From the sequence record MZ622713.1: a stretch of 64,000 nt of DNA; one strand, written 5' to 3'. Below are positions 55,980 through 64,000 of this stretch, one piece after another (within the stretch, counting starts at the first letter, position 1; each line of letters starts with the position of its first letter). A model generated the notes under the pieces. That model made no database searches and was not told where the DNA came from. It saw only the letters and a program-made list of their open reading frames with translations. The position numbers and the translations under genes were made by a program.

Positions 55980-58468
55980 GTCACCAAAACCCAAACTTCC
56001 CTAGCCGCCCGGGTACTCCACCGGGCCGAGAAATCGGTACTGGACCTACATGGTCAGGTACTCCACCAAACAATCCAGCGATGATGCCGGGTGTCAATAC
56101 TAATACCGCCGGCATGCCTATGGCTGGTGCACCGGGTCAGCGTCAAATGAGTCCTTTGGATCAACTCCAAGCGATGATGCGCGCAGGCCAACTTAATAAC
56201 AATGTTTCTTATGAAGAACGCAAAAGTCCTACTAACATGGATTATGCTTCTGTCGAAGACTTCATTAACGGCGGTGGTGATGGTCAATCACAATCCGACA
56301 TCATAGCGTTACGCCGTGAAGAAGCTAAGAACACTGTTGCACCACTCATCATGCATATTACCAATGAATTTGTTATGCGTTCTACACGTTTCAAATCATT
56401 GGAGATTGTAGTGAAGAACTTCTCCGTGAAGTTTACTCAAGGCAACCAAGTTAAGGCGGTTAAGAAATACTGGGAGATGTTGTCTAACAACTCTACCATC
56501 CGACAAACCATCGGTATGAACGCCGGTACGTTATTTGCTCACCAAATGGCTACTGGTATCATGGCGGACGCTCCACCAGATGCTCGTCAATCTGAGTTAT
56601 TGTTTCAAGGCTGTATTGATAACACCATCGCGATGGAATTATGTCGCTGGTTAACGTCATCACCGTCTGCACGTAACTTGTTGATTGAAGATGGTCCGGT
56701 AGGTGCACACTTCCGTAAACGTTTGATGGACCAGTACCGAGAACGCGCTCCCGCTATTTCAGAGTCGTTTGCTTTCATGGGTATCCCTTCTCCTTACGAT
56801 GGTTTTGAACCTAAAATCGAACAGCAGTTGGACCATGTTAGTAACCCGATGAACTATGCGGTAGAAAACCCTAGTCTCTATGGTCGCGCACCAGAGCCTT
56901 ACCACACAGCCGCTGGTATTATGAGCTATGACGTAAACCCAGAATCGTCAACACCTGTTACTGATCTATTGTTTGAGCTTAACCGTCGCACAGAAGCGAA
57001 CAAAGCCAAAGAACTGGAAAAGGAACTGAAAGAAGCTGGTAGCGTACATAGTTATTACCGTGAAGAACTTAAACCAACAGAACCTGAGCCATGGGGATTC
57101 GATGATGATGATGAACCTATCAACTTCGGTGAACAAACTGGTGGGTTCAACAACTACGATGCCATGACTCGTGATAACCACGAACGTTATGACTGGAAAG
57201 AACGCTTGGTTGCTATCCCGCACACAAACTTATTCACAACGGATGCAGAAATGCTAAACATCATTCGCGTTGCATTCCACCGCAATGATTTCCGTTGTAT
57301 TCGTTCAGTGCCGGGCTTCGTAACTGTGTTCACACTAGACGCTGATGGTATCCCTAATCCGGACGACCGTCTGATTCCTACAAGAGGGAGAAAAGTGGAA
57401 ACTTTCCTAACTAACCCTGAATTGCTGTTACCGGAATTGAAAGAGACCGAGGACGGTATCGTAGAAGTTCGTGAAGTTGAGCTCACTGTCGACGAAAACG
57501 AACAATACGACTTGGAAGCAGTGCGCGAAGCTGCTTTAGAAGACAAAGAAATTCGCAACACTTTGATCGAAGAAATCGCTGTTAGCGATCTAGATCAGCA
57601 TGATCGTGAAGCTTCACACGTCCACACTATGGGTCGCGTTGAAGGTGTCATGCATGCAACAAGCAACATCGAAGTTCATTACGAAACAATGTTGATGAAC
57701 TCTCCTTCGGCAGTATCTGAGGTTTATCGCTGTCTACCGATGCTAATCAAAGATCGTGCGGTTAACACATCGTACTTTGATTTCATCCGTCAAGTGTACA
57801 GTGTACTAAGCCGTCAGTTCATTGAAGAAGGCGAATTAATCCAAAAGGTGGACACATACCTTAAGACTGAATTAGAACGTCACTTAATTGAACGTTATGG
57901 TTTTGATAACACACCGGGCAGTAACTTCTACTTCGAAGTTCATACACTGACTGACTGTGTTGATGAACTACCTGAAATCATTCGTGACATGTGTCCTGAG
58001 GCCTACGACGAACTATGTAAGTCAACTACAGCTCAAACGCTTATTACGAAGTCACAGTGCTTCCTAGAGCGTGTAGAGTCGTTACGTTTACTAACAGCTA
58101 ACATTCGTCCTAAGTCTCGAACTCGAGCAGTTGAAGAATACGATGCATCAATGCGCGTACTCTTTGCTCGTGAAGTAATCGTTACTCGTATTTCTAACAT
58201 GTCTCCACCAGTCAATAGCGCTGGGGAAGCCATTGCCATCGTGAAACGTAGCGAAGTACCAAACCTATTTAAATTGATTAGTGCAGCCTACGGGTCAGCA
58301 GCTAAACATCTTAATGCCGGTGCGGAACAAGTTATCGTGTTCTCGGATGCGAGTGATCAACGCTGGTCTTTCCAAACTAACCGTTATGATCGCAGCAACG
58401 TAGGTACACTACGTAAGCTGAAAGACGGTGAGCATCTTGCTCTGATTGATTTGATGAAGACCTACTAA
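55976..58468 (+). CDS. Large conserved hypothetical protein (phiKZ gp124-like position) with low-complexity N-terminus
   Basis: 830-aa ORF coupled to the beta-N gene; Pro/Gly/Met-rich first 75 aa or so. Confidence 0.75.
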   Translation: MSHQNPNFPSRPGTPPGREIGTGPTWSGTPPNNPAMMPGVNTNTAGMPMAGAPGQRQMSPLDQLQAMMRAGQLNNNVSYEERKSPTNMDYASVEDFINGGGDGQSQSDIIALRREEAKNTVAPLIMHITNEFVMRSTRFKSLEIVVKNFSVKFTQGNQVKAVKKYWEMLSNNSTIRQTIGMNAGTLFAHQMATGIMADAPPDARQSELLFQGCIDNTIAMELCRWLTSSPSARNLLIEDGPVGAHFRKRLMDQYRERAPAISESFAFMGIPSPYDGFEPKIEQQLDHVSNPMNYAVENPSLYGRAPEPYHTAAGIMSYDVNPESSTPVTDLLFELNRRTEANKAKELEKELKEAGSVHSYYREELKPTEPEPWGFDDDDEPINFGEQTGGFNNYDAMTRDNHERYDWKERLVAIPHTNLFTTDAEMLNIIRVAFHRNDFRCIRSVPGFVTVFTLDADGIPNPDDRLIPTRGRKVETFLTNPELLLPELKETEDGIVEVREVELTVDENEQYDLEAVREAALEDKEIRNTLIEEIAVSDLDQHDREASHVHTMGRVEGVMHATSNIEVHYETMLMNSPSAVSEVYRCLPMLIKDRAVNTSYFDFIRQVYSVLSRQFIEEGELIQKVDTYLKTELERHLIERYGFDNTPGSNFYFEVHTLTDCVDELPEIIRDMCPEAYDELCKSTTAQTLITKSQCFLERVESLRLLTANIRPKSRTRAVEEYDASMRVLFAREVIVTRISNMSPPVNSAGEAIAIVKRSEVPNLFKLISAAYGSAAKHLNAGAEQVIVFSDASDQRWSFQTNRYDRSNVGTLRKLKDGEHLALIDLMKTY

Positions 58469-58485
58469 CTAACTTAACTTTCTAG

Positions 58486-58510
58486 GAGGGGTCCTTAGGG
58501 CCCCCCTCTT
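58486..58510 (+). terminator. Probable terminator
   Basis: GC-rich imperfect stem GAGGGGTCC-ttag-GGCCCCCCTC. Confidence 0.5.
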
Positions 58511-58531
58511 ATACCACGGAATTTTTTTAAT

Positions 58532-59095
58532 ATGTTCATAAAGAAACTTTTATACCCGCGTACTATCGATAGCTTCCTAGATCAACTGGAAGAGAAAATC
58601 ATTGCTCTTAATAACAGCAAGCCAACGTCTTACTATGACTCTATGTTCGCAGTCGTTCGAGATGAATACGAGAACTGGGTTCAACTAAGAGTAATCCCGA
58701 AGATCGGTGAGCGTCGTCAAACGATTCGTTTTGTTAACGTTAGCATTAAGACTAACAACCGTAACCGTGAGCGTTTGTTCTTCCGATTACCTGTGGTGTG
58801 TAATACCAAGCTGGATAAAGCCCAGACTAAAATTCGTAACCAATATTGTCGTGGGTTCGATGAGACCGACCTTTCTAACCTAAGAAAGAACTCACCACTG
58901 CAAGTTGGTCATGAAGATACACCTTTCCACTTTAACCGTTTGCTACGCCCTCACATGTTCTACGATACCGCAGGCTTTGCTCTTATCCGTCGTAACACAG
59001 GGTTGCAACGTAAGATCGATCGTCTGCGTATGTGGGGTCCTGACGTTCCTTGGCGTACACAACGTAACTTAATGAAACTACCGAGAGGTAATTAA
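58532..59095 (+). CDS. Hypothetical basic (Arg-rich) protein
   Basis: 187-aa ORF. Confidence 0.7.
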   Translation: MFIKKLLYPRTIDSFLDQLEEKIIALNNSKPTSYYDSMFAVVRDEYENWVQLRVIPKIGERRQTIRFVNVSIKTNNRNRERLFFRLPVVCNTKLDKAQTKIRNQYCRGFDETDLSNLRKNSPLQVGHEDTPFHFNRLLRPHMFYDTAGFALIRRNTGLQRKIDRLRMWGPDVPWRTQRNLMKLPRGN

Positions 59096-59096
59096 C

Positions 59097-60092
59097 ATGA
59101 TTGAGTTTAAACACTTTGATCAAGCTGAACTAATAAACGCGATTATTTATCGTACTCAAAAATCAATTAAAGACTTGAGTTACATGGGTAATAGCGGACG
59201 CATCAAAGAACTAATTTGGGATTTGTATCCGTTTACCAGTGATCTTTATCGTATCCCTCAAACGGTGTATGAAGTTAAAGGTGGTTACATCACAGTGACC
59301 TACCCTCAAACGGAAGACGAACTCTTTAAGTTCAATAAAGAGCCTTCTATCTATTTTTATGCATCCGCTGAACCTAAGATCGTTTATTCGGAAACAATCC
59401 CACTTGGTTATATACCGTGTACACTAAATTCAGGTTACTTTAAACTATTGACCCGAATTTATCTAGGCGAAGAAAACATCGGTTACCCAACCATGGCGGA
59501 AAGTGATATTGACTTCCCTATCATGGGTCCGTTACGTTTAGTGACTAAAGATTCAGAAGAAGTGTTCTACGCACTGTACACTTATGGTTTTTGTGGGAGT
59601 AAATTAGAACACAAAAATCAAGGTACCGTGTGTTCTATGGTTAAGCGTGACCCGGGTAAACCTGATTACCAAATCATGGCTTATCTGGAATCAGCACGAC
59701 TAGCTACCATACTGGCTCAAAATCCAGTGGCTAACGTAGCCAGAGAAATACTAGCCAAGTGGTTTGCTAAACCTCGTTTCCCTGCCTATGGTCGTACTAT
59801 CACCACAGTCAAGGGTATCTCACTTAATTACCCATTCGATCAAAGAGCGCTTATCGCACTCTACAACCATGAGGTGGATTATTTATCCGAGCTTGACGTT
59901 AAGCTTAACGGTTATCCGTTATCAGAAAATACGCCAACTGTAAGTGGTTCGAATAACATCCCTGCGGTGAAAAACATCAGTCAGAATTTGTTAGTCGAAC
60001 AAATTAATGTCTTGCGTAAACGTTTGGATTTACCACCTGTTGAACCAATTTGGTCACCAAATGGTGATCTCTCTGCCTTAGAGGAAATGTGA
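59097..60092 (+). CDS. Hypothetical protein
   Basis: GAGG RBS; 331 aa. Confidence 0.75.
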   Translation: MIEFKHFDQAELINAIIYRTQKSIKDLSYMGNSGRIKELIWDLYPFTSDLYRIPQTVYEVKGGYITVTYPQTEDELFKFNKEPSIYFYASAEPKIVYSETIPLGYIPCTLNSGYFKLLTRIYLGEENIGYPTMAESDIDFPIMGPLRLVTKDSEEVFYALYTYGFCGSKLEHKNQGTVCSMVKRDPGKPDYQIMAYLESARLATILAQNPVANVAREILAKWFAKPRFPAYGRTITTVKGISLNYPFDQRALIALYNHEVDYLSELDVKLNGYPLSENTPTVSGSNNIPAVKNISQNLLVEQINVLRKRLDLPPVEPIWSPNGDLSALEEM

Positions 60093-60868
60093 TGACTGAC
60101 CAATCAGTTAAAACATCTAAAACGATCGACCTTGCTAAAAAGCTAATGGACGTAAAAGATTTCTCGAATCACATCCGTGAATACGGTATCGAGAGTGAAC
60201 TGGTAAACCAGTGGTTGAAACAAAAATGCCTTAATAATGAACTAGGGTCTTTACCACCGGTTCTCGCTATCCAAAATAACGGCGTCCACATTAACTTGTT
60301 GTTGGCGAACACCAAAGAACAACTTGATGCCTTCGCTGGACTACTAACACCCCCGGTTGTTTATTGTAAAGATAAGCTGGACCCCGCTCAGCTAATTGAC
60401 AACCTAATTATTTCTCAGTATAAGAAATATAATTTGGTGGGTACCGAACTTCGTAAATTGTTAAAGGCTTACATTTATCCAAGTGCTGAGTGTCCGATAC
60501 TGCGTGAGATCTCACACGATGATCATTGGGTAAAAATGTCGTTCGTTGATGAAGAATGTTTTACCATGCCTGATGTGCATTACGCGGCACAGTACCTCAA
60601 TTCTTCTTATGAAGATAATGGTGGGGAATGTTACGACCGTAAGTCTCTCAATGAACGAATGGAAGGTCCTAGCCATTCATCCGATGAGATGTTCCAAGAA
60701 GTCGGTAAATCTTTACAGGAAGCCATACAGGAAGTTAAAGAGCCTGTTCTGGGTGAATTCATCGAAGGTGGTTTAAATGAAGACGGTCTTTACACCGTTC
60801 GAACCATGCGACAATTCAAAACCCGTGAGGAGTACTTAGATTACATGCGTAAAGTAATGGAAATCTAA
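60092..60868 (+). CDS. Hypothetical protein
   Basis: GAGGA RBS 6 nt before the ATG at 60092. Confidence 0.75.
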   Translation: MTDQSVKTSKTIDLAKKLMDVKDFSNHIREYGIESELVNQWLKQKCLNNELGSLPPVLAIQNNGVHINLLLANTKEQLDAFAGLLTPPVVYCKDKLDPAQLIDNLIISQYKKYNLVGTELRKLLKAYIYPSAECPILREISHDDHWVKMSFVDEECFTMPDVHYAAQYLNSSYEDNGGECYDRKSLNERMEGPSHSSDEMFQEVGKSLQEAIQEVKEPVLGEFIEGGLNEDGLYTVRTMRQFKTREEYLDYMRKVMEI

Positions 60869-60879
60869 CTTGCAAATAA

Positions 60880-60930
60880 ATAACCCTACCTCCTTGACGG
60901 GGGTAGGGTTATGTTTGTTCTTTATTTTTT
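60880..60930 (+). terminator. Rho-independent terminator
   Basis: ATAACCCTACCTCC-ttgac-GGGGGTAGGGTTAT followed by a T-rich tract. Confidence 0.8.
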
Positions 60931-60931
60931 T

Positions 60932-60987
60932 ACATACAGTTTATTTCAAACCTATATAGTCTAGGTGTATAAACATACGTATATACA
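60932..60987 (+). promoter_or_regulatory. Early promoter cassette, copy 2
   Basis: 52 of 56 bases identical to 12429-12484; core TTTCAAACCTATATAG. Confidence 0.75.
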
Positions 60988-61018
60988 TAATTCATTAACC
61001 TTAATAAGGAATACTATC

Positions 61019-61510
61019 ATGTCTAACAAATCAAACAACAAAGCTGTAAACAACAACGATCAAGCTACTTACACAGAAGAGTTTGAAACACCGGTAACTT
61101 CTAAAGCAGAAGAAGTCGCTGCACAGTTGCTAAGCCAAGCTAAAGAGATGATCGACTCAGGTGAACTTCCAGCGGAAGAAACCGAAGAAGAGGGTCGTAA
61201 AGAACTACCTCTTAACTTTTATGCTCTAGCTGGCGGTCTATTAGGCGCTGGTGTTGGTGCGGTTCCAAACCGCTCAGTATCTGGCCTATGTGCTGGTGCG
61301 ACTGCGGCTACGGTAACATCGTACTGCATGAAAGATAAAGAACGTGAACCTGTTAAAGATGCCGCTCTAGGCTTCCTAGCAGGATTTGGTGCGAGTGCTA
61401 CAGTGAACGTAGCAGTTGCTATGTTAACGGGCGAATCAGAAGTTGAAGACGATTCTGATGATGTAGTCCAAACAATCACAGTTATCCAAACTGAAACAGT
61501 AAGTGAGTAA
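61019..61510 (+). CDS. Glycine-zipper small protein with acidic termini
   Basis: ATG at 61019 with AAGGA RBS; LAGGLLGAGVGA and ALGFLAGFGAS. Confidence 0.8.
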   Translation: MSNKSNNKAVNNNDQATYTEEFETPVTSKAEEVAAQLLSQAKEMIDSGELPAEETEEEGRKELPLNFYALAGGLLGAGVGAVPNRSVSGLCAGATAATVTSYCMKDKEREPVKDAALGFLAGFGASATVNVAVAMLTGESEVEDDSDDVVQTITVIQTETVSE

Positions 61511-61513
61511 GTT

Positions 61514-61816
61514 ATGAGTGAATCAAAAAATAATGTCATCTACATCGATGGCGCATCTCTAGGTGGTGGTTTCATCGGTTCAGCAGTTGGCGGTTTGCTA
61601 ACTAATTCTAGCGCTGGTACAATTGCAGGTCTTACTGCATCTGTACTAGTGAGCGTGTCTGACGAACCTATCACATCAGAAGAAGACAATACGTACATGC
61701 GTACTGCTCGTGGTTTCTTTGCTGGTCTTGCAACATCAAGTGCAACTGGTGCGATCATCAACAAACTGATGAGCAAAGACGAAGAAGATGACTCCGACCA
61801 AGTAGTCCAAGCTTAA
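61514..61816 (+). CDS. Glycine-zipper small protein, paralog of 61019
   Basis: LGGGFIGSAVGG and ARGFFAGLATS; shares an EDDSDxVVQ tail. Confidence 0.8.
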   Translation: MSESKNNVIYIDGASLGGGFIGSAVGGLLTNSSAGTIAGLTASVLVSVSDEPITSEEDNTYMRTARGFFAGLATSSATGAIINKLMSKDEEDDSDQVVQA

Positions 61817-61821
61817 TAATG

Positions 61822-61877
61822 AAGATGAGGATGTTATGGGTGAAAGCCTGTAACATCCTTGTCATCTTTATTTTTTT
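61822..61877 (+). terminator. Rho-independent terminator
   Basis: AAGATGA/GGATGTTATGGG...CCTGTAACATCC/TCATCTT stem followed by a T-tract. Confidence 0.75.
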
Positions 61878-61902
61878 GTCTATTCTTAAAAGGTCGAATC
61901 TA

Positions 61903-62268
61903 ATGAGCATTGAAGTCGTACCTCACCCGATTCCGTTTCTTAAGGAAGCGTTGACTCTGGGTGATCTAGAAGACTTTAAACCACGACTGAAAAAGTTATT
62001 GGTTAAAGAAAACATCCCTAATGATTTCGAGCACTCGGAGTTAGAGATGTGTAAAACTGTGCTTTACGATAAAGGCTGGTACCGCGGAGACGCGGAACTT
62101 ACACATGATGTCAGTGTCGTTTTCTTGTGGTGGTATGAACTAAGTGGTGGTCGTGAGTTATTCATGAAACGCGCTTATGATCACTTCCATTTGCTAGGTG
62201 ACTATAATTTCAAATTCTTCGGACATCTGGACGCTTTATACCAAACCTACGAAATCATGAAAAAGTAA
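61903..62268 (+). CDS. Hypothetical protein
   Basis: AAAGGT RBS before the ATG at 61903; the upstream ATGs fall inside the terminator. Confidence 0.7.
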   Translation: MSIEVVPHPIPFLKEALTLGDLEDFKPRLKKLLVKENIPNDFEHSELEMCKTVLYDKGWYRGDAELTHDVSVVFLWWYELSGGRELFMKRAYDHFHLLGDYNFKFFGHLDALYQTYEIMKK

Positions 62269-62270
62269 TT

Positions 62271-62322
62271 ATATCCTCCATCCCTTAAAGGGATGGAGGA
62301 TATTAACGTAGTTTATTTTTTT
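62271..62322. terminator. Terminator between convergent genes
   Basis: ATATCCTCCATCCC-ttaaa-GGGATGGAGGATAT. Confidence 0.8.
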
Positions 62323-64000
62323 ACTCTTTTGGTTCTTCTAAACCTTCATCGTCAGCTTGTTCTTCCTCTGACTCTTCCAGTTCTTCACCATCGATAGTCT
62401 CATCAGGTTCTTCGAGTTCTTCAGTTTCTTCTTCCGGTGTTTCATCCAGTTCAGAATCTTCCAATTCTTCCTCTTCTTCTGAATCACCATCAAAGTCCTC
62501 AAGCTCGTCTGAACCAGTATCAACTGTTTCATCAGGTTCTTCAACACCTAATGGGTCGTCGCCAGCTCCATCTGCATCAAACTCAGATTCAGGCTTAGGC
62601 ATCGCCTTCATAATGCGGTCGATACGATCACCGAATTGTTTCATGTATTCTACCATGAAGTGACCCAAGTTCTCGTTAAAGTAATCGAGGTCATTAAGTA
62701 GTGAATACATACCACCCTCTTTACCTTTGTTCATGACGTCATCGAACGGGGTAGGGATGTTAAACAACTTAAACGCACGGTAACGGATAACAGCAGCGAA
62801 TTGAGCTTCCAGTTCATCCGGAGCGAGTTTATCTTCGGAGATACCAAGACGAGACAACAGAGGACCCATCAAACCTTTAGCCGCAGACATCTCAACCACT
62901 TTCTGTGACCAATCTTCCGCTAGCTCCATCTTCTCTTTGATCTTAGTTACCGACTCCATAGTAGTAGGACGAGGAAGTTCAACGTAGAAGTTCTGAATAA
63001 AGTCATTCAGAATAATCATTACCTTTTCTTTCTCATTCCCTTCAATGGCTTCCTTGCTATCAGGAACCCATAGTTTCTTAGGAGTTTCCAAGATGGTATC
63101 CACCAGACGGTTCATGACTTGTTCGTTAACCATTAGGTTCTTACGAATCACGTCACTTAACATCTCAGCTAGATCAGATTGATACATGATGGTTTGGTTA
63201 CACAACGTTTCCTGTTCAGCCAGTGCTTCAATCTGGAAGTTGTTACCATTCTCATCACGCTCATCCAGCCAGCTACGTGGAAGACCAAAGGTATTAGCGA
63301 TAGAAGCTAATAGGTATTGACGAGAGTCTTCATCTACTCGTTTAAAACCAGTGCGATCAATCTGGTTAAGTTGCATCTGAGGAGCAGTAACGAATTTGTT
63401 GTCACCAGCTTCCACACGAATCAACAACGACTGTTCCTTTAAGGCATCCACGATCATTGGCATGGACAGAGTACCTGTAGAGATCAGGTTGTGTACCGTC
63501 GGGTTAGATTTAAAGAACTCATAACGAGCCATAGAGATCGTTAGATCAGGGTCCGTGTCTTGAGCTTCCAAAGCAACTACCAACTCATTACGAGTCTGTG
63601 CGTTATCTAACTGAGCTAGTGCATCCGCTACGTCCAAAGCCGCTAGACGTGCGATGAAGTCTTTAGCTTGAGTCGTTAAAGATTCACCGATACCTAAACG
63701 GTTATGCTGGAACGCCATGTAAGTGAAGTAACACTCAGGGATGTACAGTACACGAGTACGTTGTTGTTGGAACGCACGCTCTAGGAACAGTTTAAGTACG
63801 TCTTCTTCTAAATCAATGGAGATGTCCGAACCGTCACCACCAGACCATACCGCTTGGTAAAGTTCTTTCTCAATTTGGTTCTTCGCCATCATAGCGAATT
63901 CACTCATATCGAAATCACATTCACCACCTTGCTGTACTTTACGTAAGTTAGCGATTAAGGTGTTGGTGTCTGTACCAGAAGGTTTGTTATCAATCTTGTT
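62321..64000 (-). CDS. Probable portal protein (phiKZ gp129-like), 5' part outside the window
   Basis: The frame stays open past 63907 to the window edge. It is helical with a very acidic C-terminal tail of about 90 aa, and its position relative to the capsid and beta-N genes matches recalled phiKZ order. Confidence 0.6.
   Translation of the reverse strand, partial: NKIDNKPSGTDTNTLIANLRKVQQGGECDFDMSEFAMMAKNQIEKELYQAVWSGGDGSDISIDLEEDVLKLFLERAFQQQRTRVLYIPECYFTYMAFQHNRLGIGESLTTQAKDFIARLAALDVADALAQLDNAQTRNELVVALEAQDTDPDLTISMARYEFFKSNPTVHNLISTGTLSMPMIVDALKEQSLLIRVEAGDNKFVTAPQMQLNQIDRTGFKRVDEDSRQYLLASIANTFGLPRSWLDERDENGNNFQIEALAEQETLCNQTIMYQSDLAEMLSDVIRKNLMVNEQVMNRLVDTILETPKKLWVPDSKEAIEGNEKEKVMIILNDFIQNFYVELPRPTTMESVTKIKEKMELAEDWSQKVVEMSAAKGLMGPLLSRLGISEDKLAPDELEAQFAAVIRYRAFKLFNIPTPFDDVMNKGKEGGMYSLLNDLDYFNENLGHFMVEYMKQFGDRIDRIMKAMPKPESEFDADGAGDDPLGVEEPDETVDTGSDELEDFDGDSEEEEELEDSELDETPEEETEELEEPDETIDGEELEESEEEQADDEGLEEPKE

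Noticed and set aside
61819-61902. N-terminal extension of the last plus-strand ORF (MKMRMLWV...)
   Set aside because: It overlaps a terminator hairpin and T-tract; the ATG at 61903 has a proper RBS.
656-62547. Many short antisense or alternate-frame ORFs in the track (e.g. 6977-7369, 13115-13351, 28077-28478, 30567-30818, 53835-54188, 62338-62547)
   Set aside because: They lie wholly within long genes, lack RBSs, and look like shadows of biased codon usage.
1-64000. tRNA, rRNA, group I/II introns, inteins, homing endonucleases, transposases, integrase
   Set aside because: No cloverleaf or T-loop signature was seen in intergenic gaps, the RNAP, helicase and polymerase genes are uninterrupted, and no mobile-element motifs were recognised by eye.

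Overview
This is a 64-kb segment of a phiKZ-related jumbo phage genome (Chimalliviridae-like). Heavy CTA/GCT/ACT codon use points to a Vibrio-type host, but this is inference. The window holds core replication and transcription genes: three non-virion RNA polymerase subunits (beta C-terminal part, cut by the left edge; beta' C-terminal part; beta N-terminal part), one virion RNAP beta' fragment, an SF2 helicase, the exonuclease/motif-A half of a split family-B DNA polymerase, and a DnaB-like helicase. It also holds a large virion module: baseplate wedge and hub candidates, an array of paralogous internal head proteins with G-x-E maturation sites, the major capsid protein, and a probable portal cut by the right edge. 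Early accessory cassettes are interspersed behind a recurring TTTSAA-nn-CTATAT(A/T) promoter motif. phiKZ gp numbers are assigned from recalled motifs and gene order, not from database searches. The most notable observations are: (1) a candidate P2 E/E'-style -1 frameshift at T TTT TTC (11201-11207) joining a CxxC chaperone-like gene to a downstream ORF with no ribosome-binding site; (2) a dispersed family of early glycine-zipper proteins, with two loci sharing a 56-bp promoter cassette; (3) a head protein with an intact HExxH...ExxxD metalloprotease signature plus transmembrane helices; (4) apparent complete absence of CCWGG; (5) an AT-rich intergenic region with tandem GNA-triloop hairpins; (6) a compositionally foreign half-MFS-like membrane gene beside the capsid gene. 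No tRNA, rRNA, CRISPR array, intron, intein or transposase was recognised.
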